This document shows positions 57,410-64,000 of a DNA stretch of 64,000 nt, one piece after another. The DNA is taken from assembly GCF_006345805.1 (NCBI RefSeq), contig NC_043004.1, positions 99,510,001-99,574,000 on the forward strand, written 5' to 3'. The notes below the pieces were generated by a model that had not been told where the DNA came from, did no database searches, and saw only the letters and a program-made list of their open reading frames with translations. Made by a program: the position numbers and the translations under genes. The number at the start of each line of letters is the position of its first letter. The first letter of the stretch is position 1. Source of the DNA: Octopus sinensis (Eukaryota).

Positions 57410-57955
57410 TAAGGAATGGAGGCTCCCATTAGGGAGTTTTAGAATCCTCATGAGAAGCGGAAACTTTGGGAATACTTCTCAATTTGTGGCAATTACCTAT
57501 TGTTGAAATTTCATTAACATCGGAAATTTATGAATTTTCATAGGGGTGGGGTTCTGCACCCTCTAAGCCTCTGCAATTCAAACTAAACATACTGCATTAT
57601 ACCCGTACTTATGCATTGAAATATCATAAAGATCCATTCCGTAATTTCGGTCCATGAAAAATGACTAAAATTTGGGAGTTAAGTTCCCATTAGGGGGTTT
57701 TAGAATCATCCTAAAACTGAACATTTTGGGTATATTATAAAATTTATTTCTAATACCTATAGTTCAAATTTAATCAAGGTCCTAAGCATATGAATTTTTA
57801 CGGGGTGTTCTTCCCCCTTTAGCCCCCTCAAAATTGTATGAAACGTGGCATTACCTTTCTCCCTTGGCTTGGATCTTGTGTTCCAAATTTCATTACGATT
57901 GGTCCAGTAGTTTTCGAGTCTAACACACGAACACAGATATTGGCTTTTATATAAT
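57410..57955. mobile_element. Possible Helentron/HINE-like non-autonomous element with ~260 bp internal duplication
   Basis: CCCATTAGGG.GTTTTAGAATC at ~57424 and ~57685; CCAAATTTCATTACGATTGGTCCAGTAGTTTTCGAG near the end. Confidence 0.35.
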
Positions 57956-58346
57956 ACACACACACACACACATATATCTTTTATATCTATATTTATACAT
58001 ATATATATACATATATATATTCATATATACATGTGTGTGTGTTTGTGTGCGCGTGTATCGTATATATATATGCATGCGAATATATATATATATATATATA
58101 CTTCCAAGTGTGCCCAACTACACATTCATATATGTCCTTTTGATTTGTAAATATACTTTTAAATTAAAGCGTATTAACAAAAAAGATAAGTAACACTGAA
58201 ACAGAACCTAGATCTACACGTAGATTAATGACAACTCGAATACTATCGCATTTCAAATTATATACTGTCGTCCTTCCGGCGGTAACAATACGGAAACTCG
58301 GTAAGTATCTATCTATTTATCTATCTATCTATATATCTATCTATCT

Positions 58347-58380
<34 letters not shown>

Positions 58381-58396
58381 TTCTCTCTCTCTCTCA

Positions 58397-58430
<34 letters not shown>

Positions 58431-58431
<1 letters not shown>

Positions 58432-58750
58432 CTGTTGTGTCTGGGGAGAGTCATTCTCTTTTAGTGCCTTATTATTTAACACACTCACCGGTAAAATTTC
58501 CACTTATTTCTTATTTTTATTTTCTAAAATTTTCGTTGCTTCTTGCAACCCTTTCAATAGTCTTGACTCTTGAAAAGGTTACAAGACGTAACGAAACTTT
58601 TAGAAAATAAAAATAAGAAATAAGTGAAAATTTTACCTGTGAGTGTGTTAAATAATAAGACACTAAAAGAGAATGACTCTCCCCAGACACAACAGAATAT
58701 GCTTCAACACTCATATTCAAACTCATATAAAGAATCTTGCAAACCAAATC

Positions 58751-58755
<5 letters not shown>
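58431..58755. repeat. TA-flanked foldback element (inverted arms 58431-58695)
   Basis: CTGTTGTGTCTGGGGAGAGTCATTCTC... is reverse complementary to ...GAGAATGACTCTCCCCAGACACAACAG; axis ~58563. Confidence 0.85.
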
Positions 58756-58789
<34 letters not shown>

Positions 58790-59779
58790 ATGCATACATC
58801 ATATTTATCTATTTATTTATTGACTATTGAAGATGGATGTGTGAAACCAAGGCGATTACCTCAATCGGCACTCAAGGGGTTCTTGGTTAAAAGAATGTTT
58901 AGAGGAGAGATCAATGTAATGAAACAAGCTTTTGTACACAAAACTGAAAAACCAGGAGTATAACATAAAATGAATAAAAGTGTAAGATATTCATATTACA
59001 TTGATTTTCCCATTACATTCGTTTCAATAACAGATGGGTTAAATAAATAATTGAACTTACTAGAAGCAATATAAGCCATAATTATATAATTTCATGCGAT
59101 ATTAAATGGAACCCGATTTTGCCTTCTCATCATAACTTTACAAAAGATGCAGTACGCTTGCATTAGGATGAATACATTTATATAATAAATGGAAGTAGTT
59201 TAGTGTATCGTAGCGAAAAATTAATCATTTTGACATGCCTATAGAAAACTTCGCGATGATATTTACCTTGTATATTTATTGTGATACGGGAGAGGGATAA
59301 TCTAAATTGGCAAGACTTTTGACTAGACTACTTGGCTGATAATGATTTTTAATCAGCATATTTAAGAGCTATTAGAAGCTTAAACAGTTGCTATAGAAGG
59401 CCTACGGTGACCATAATATTTCAGTATTATGGTTGTGGGTCTAGACGTAGAGAAACATTGTAATAGAATCCCTACGGTAGCGTGTACGGGTTCACACATG
59501 CGATCGCACGCACGCACTTATATATGCATATATTGTATATATAAACGTATATGTGTGTATAAACACATGTGCGTGCGTTTGTGTGTGTGTGTTAGCATTT
59601 ATGTATATATATATATACACCATGACGCAGTTCTCTCCATTCATCTTCCCACACAGCCTCAGACTCAACACGGACAGAAACACAGACACACACAAGCGAA
59701 CACTAAAGATAACTACTATTACACACGCGTGCATAAGCATATTACCTACACACGGGTATATCGGTACAGTCACCTAGTC

Positions 59780-59829
<50 letters not shown>

Positions 59830-60531
59830 GCAAAAAAAAAACGGATCAACCAAAGCGCTCTGATATTCATCGACTCACTTTAAATACATAAAAGATCAGA
59901 CCAAAGACGCACATTCACATACAGAAGGAAGTAGATAAATAAATTCTCTTCGATAGGCTGAGATGTCATGAAGGCAATGGGCTCGCTGTATCATCAGTAT
60001 GCCGGGCGAAACTCTTTGCGACATTTCGTCCGTCATTACGTTCTGAGTTCAAATTCCGCTGCTTTGTTGGAAGCTGATATGGTGTCTTGCTAAGAGGCTC
60101 TATAAGCTTCATACATCTTATTGATCATCTTTCTACGCATTGAATCAATTTCGTAGTTTCCTCCGTACAATCCTCCTGGTTCAGTCTTCCTATGTACAAG
60201 TAGACAAGCCTTTGCTCACCGATGTTTGAAAGTTGTCCGCTACACTCACCAGTGTTTACCCAGCTGATGAAGCCGTTGCTTGAGGTATGGTTGCAGTTGC
60301 AAGCAGACAATTTCGAAGATCCACAAGTGAGAGCGGACGAATTACTCTGAAGAGCGCCACATCCAGACGCACACATACACGCACACGCACACAGGCACAC
60401 ATTCAATATACACAAAGAAACATGCATACATATATATATATATATTATATATATATATATTATATATATATATAGTCTGAGATAGGGAGATAGACAGACA
60501 TACAGATAGACAGTCAGCCTGTCAGACAGTT

Positions 60532-60600
<69 letters not shown>

Positions 60601-60807
60601 AATGAGACAGAATGCATATCAGAGGGTGTCTATGACAGACTCAAATTAAGACTTCAGAGAGAGTGGGGTGAGAGAATGAGTGATGGAGACCAAGAGATGC
60701 CTACTGCAACATATACACACATATTCACACATACACAAGCCCAGACATATTTCGAACCGAAGCTGTATGTATGTGGTCATGTGTTGGCAACAATAGTGAT
60801 ATATGCA

Positions 60808-61240
60808 ATATATTGAACGTCGGATGAAGAATAAAGGTTATAGTATCGAAATAACTTGAAAAAAAAGTGTTCAAACATTTTAATAGCAAAACTTAATTTG
60901 TAATTGAAATACTAGCCATGCTCTTGTAGTATATCGAACATCGAATGAAAACTGCAGCTTTGTTATAGAAGTAACTTTAAAAGCTCAGACATTTTGAGCA
61001 AGAAAAGTTTTTCTTTTTCTTAAAATATTCACCAGGCATATATGGAACATCGAATGAAGAATAAACATGGCTTCATTACCAAAATTATTTGAAATGCTCA
61101 AATACCAAAACTTAACTTTATTATAATACTCCCCATCTCCTTCGAATGAAGAATCTATGTTGCTTTATTATAGAAGTAACTGAAAATGAAGCTGAAACAT
61201 TTTGAAAGGAAGAAACTAAAATTTTATTAAAATACTATAG
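60808..61240 (+). repeat. Diverged ~110-120 bp tandem repeat, 4 units
   Basis: Recurring TCGAATGAA(G/A)AAT...TTATAGAAGTAACT...CA(A/G)ACATTTT. Confidence 0.65.
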
Positions 61241-61817
61241 TTATTTTCTGTTCACATACGCATGAATTATATGTGAAGTGACAATTATTTCGTGTTCATC
61301 ATTTTGATGATTATTTAAAGTTATTGTTATTTCCCTTTATTGTCACGGAATTATTACAGATAAATTATTCTACTGATATATATGGCGATCGAGGAATATT
61401 TCTAGTAGTCCACTCCCGGTTTCCTGCGTTGGAATCGCCTGGCTAAAATTTCATGCAATTACAGTAACACTACCGTACACCTTGTAACTAGGTTATGCGA
61501 CCAACCAGCATGTTACATTGGGTGTTTAAGGACTTAAAGGTGCATAAAATACCACCAGAAACAATGAAAACAAGGCGAAGATAACTCTTACATAACACTA
61601 GTCTTCAGCTGTCTGGATACGCCCTCTGGTGTACACAATCCCTAGCCTCGAATCACCGTGAAAGTTTGAAGAGCCTGAAGGTCATGGAAACCTAAATCCT
61701 CGAGAAACATCGTAATTGTCGTCATAATCACAAAATGGGAAAACTTTAAAGTCCTTTCGCCAAGACGAACATTTCTTAAATTTCACATACACAAAATACG
61801 CACACATATACATACAT

Positions 61818-61865
<48 letters not shown>

Positions 61866-61868
<3 letters not shown>

Positions 61869-62918
61869 TTTCAGCTCAGAGCTGCGGCCATGCTGATGCA
61901 CCGCCGTTTTGTGCTACACTGTTATTACGACGAACCTCGTCTAATATGTGGCACTTGGTGAAGAATGGAGTTTGATACAGCTACTCTCATTTACACCTCT
62001 TGCCGTGAGGTAGGTTCATCTGGGACTCTTGACAGGAAGATGTCCAGCTTTGATTTAAAAACCGCGACGTCTACTTTGTGCAAGTTCCTCAGACTTTTTG
62101 GGAGAATATTAAAAAGCTGTGGTCCTTGAAACCCAGGCTGTTGCAGAAGCTGGTCCTGAAGCGTGATGGCATTGCTGGGATCTTTGGCACTATGCAGTGT
62201 CGTCCCGTTCTAGCATTGGTGTAGCTTACAATGCCAAATTTGGCACAATTCCTTCCAGGATCTTCCAGACATATATTACTGCATACCTCTCCCGTCTTCT
62301 CTCCAGGGAGTAGAGTCTTAGCTGTTTCAACCTTTCCCAGTAGCTGAGCTGTTGCAAAGAGACGATCTTCTTTGTGAATCTTCTCTGGATTGCTTCAAGG
62401 TCTGCTGTTAAGTTTACACTGGTGGGTGACCATAGATGTGAGCAGTAATCCAGGCGACTGAGGACGAATGACCGCCAGAGGACCATCATGGTTTCCTTAT
62501 CTCTGGTTCTGAATGTTCTTAGGATCCACCCAGCCAGTCGTCTGCACTTTGTCGCCATCCTGGTAATGTGCGCTTGGAAAGAGGTATCATCACTCATGTC
62601 GTTACCCAGGTCCCTCACAGACTTAGGCTTTGGGATTGAAATTCCCTGTGGACCGGTGTATCCTGTAAGTTTAATATTCAGTTTTGGATGCTGGTAGCGC
62701 AGGGCCTGGAATTTTTCAGCATTAAACTGCATATTATTATCCTCAGCCCATCTGTAGATTGAGACCAACTCCTGCTGCAGGTGTGCAACATCGCTGGGGT
62801 TCTGTATTTTCTGCGAGACTTTCGTATCGTCTGCATAGCTGGCCAGAGTGGCTATCCGGGCATTTGAGGGCATATCTGAGAGGGCCACTATAGAAAGCAG
62901 TGGTCCCAAGACAGTGCC
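61866..62918 (-). mobile_element. 5'-truncated L2/CR1-like LINE (RT C-terminal half and 3' tail)
   Basis: ORF 62226-62981: GTVLGPLL...YADDTKV...NNMQFNAEKFQ...VRDLG...RLDYCSHLWSP...LYSLERRRERY; both ends abut (TA)n. Confidence 0.9.
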
Positions 62919-62929
62919 TATATATATAT

Positions 62930-63090
62930 AGGGAGAGTTTACGAAAAAACAAAAGACGAAGACAGGTCGTGTACAAAACAAACAGATAACGTACAGGAAT
63001 AGAAAAAGTCGTTTACGTTTCGAGCCTACGCTCTTCTACAGAAAGGGACACAGAAAAAACAAGAAGAGAAAAAATGTGTGTAGTGGCTAA
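62930..63090 (-). mobile_element. Family C element with variant hammerhead at 63010-63045
   Basis: Minus strand: CTTT-CTGTAGA-A-GAGC-GTAG-GCTC-GAAAC-GTA-AACG. Confidence 0.7.
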
Positions 63091-64000
63091 TAGATAGAGA
63101 GAGAAAGAGAAAGAAAAATGAAGAGACTGGCAGAAGCAATATTAATACCAAATGGTAAAATATTAACTAACTGTCAGGTACTTACCATTGGAAAGGTAAA
63201 AAGAGACCAAAGTCACGTGATCTGGTGGTTTTTGCTGCGGGACTAGTGGTGATTATCTGCTGATGGTGATAGCTATGACATGCTTTTATGCACCAAAATA
63301 ACAATATCAGAGCTTTTCTCTCGATAAAATTCAGGAGTGTGTTCTAGCCTACCATACACTTCTATGTGGTGAATATTTGAACCTGTATACATACATATGG
63401 AAGAACAGTGTACGCACATATATATGTGTATATACGCATGTATGGTTGTTAGTTTGCATGCATTCATGTTTGTATGTAGGCATGTAAGTATGTATATAAC
63501 ATAGATTCTAAAGTTTATATTCCGGTTGTTGACATACATATTCTAGATGAAACAATCCGGCTGATTTTAATTAGATTCAAGTAAACACTGAAATAGAATA
63601 TCTATTTTAGACATACGTGCATTATATGCAATAGAGGTAGTGATGAGAAATAATAATTTAGATGTAGACGTCGATAAATTTGGTGGCGTTGAAATACAGA
63701 AATACTTTAAATTATAGAAAAACAATTCGAATACTATCAACAGGAAGCAATAACTGATAATTACTAGTGCTGGCATAATTAATTGATGAAGCTTTAAAAA
63801 ACTAATTAGAGACCACTCTGAGATGACAGAAAAAATATTTCCCAATAAAAATATTCATTTTTCAGGCAAATATGCGACACATCTGCGGATATGTTTAGGT
63901 ACTATTATGAACTCACCAGATCAGTCATCCCTTAGTCATGTTTCACAAACTAATTATTGATGCATTACTAAGTATATATATATATATCGTGACACTCCGT

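Noticed and set aside
60125-60427. 100-aa minus-strand ORF in unique sequence
   Set aside because: Starts in a (TG)n tract, no recognisable domain or splice evidence
60808-61240. CRISPR-like spaced repeats (also 56930-57110)
   Set aside because: Whole units are homologous tandem repeats without unique spacers; eukaryotic context and no cas genes
62919-62981. N-terminus of the 251-aa RT ORF
   Set aside because: Chance read-through from a family C element and a TA tract; the LINE is 5'-truncated at ~62918

Overview
AT-rich, microsatellite-dense eukaryotic non-coding DNA. The SINE and microsatellite repertoire looks like Octopus (inferred, not confirmed). No host protein-coding exon can be supported; almost all ORF-track entries are microsatellite read-throughs. 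Recognisable content: many tRNA-derived SINEs; decayed LINEs (RLE/R4-Dong-like, RTE, L2/CR1-like); a Gypsy integrase remnant; mariner, Tc1 and pogo-like remnants; a 5S rRNA pseudogene; and a ~0.9 kb near-identical inverted duplication. The strongest hidden signal is a set of at least five unrelated short non-coding elements, mostly embedded in (TA)n tracts and often folded back as inverted repeats. Each carries a minimal type I hammerhead ribozyme motif (CUGAnGA-stem II-GAAAC-palindrome-GUH), resembling Penelope-like pLTRs or retrozymes. One family couples a tRNA-derived Pol III head to a hammerhead, and another has a fixed non-canonical CUGUAGA core. All calls were made by eye, and ribozyme activity is untested.
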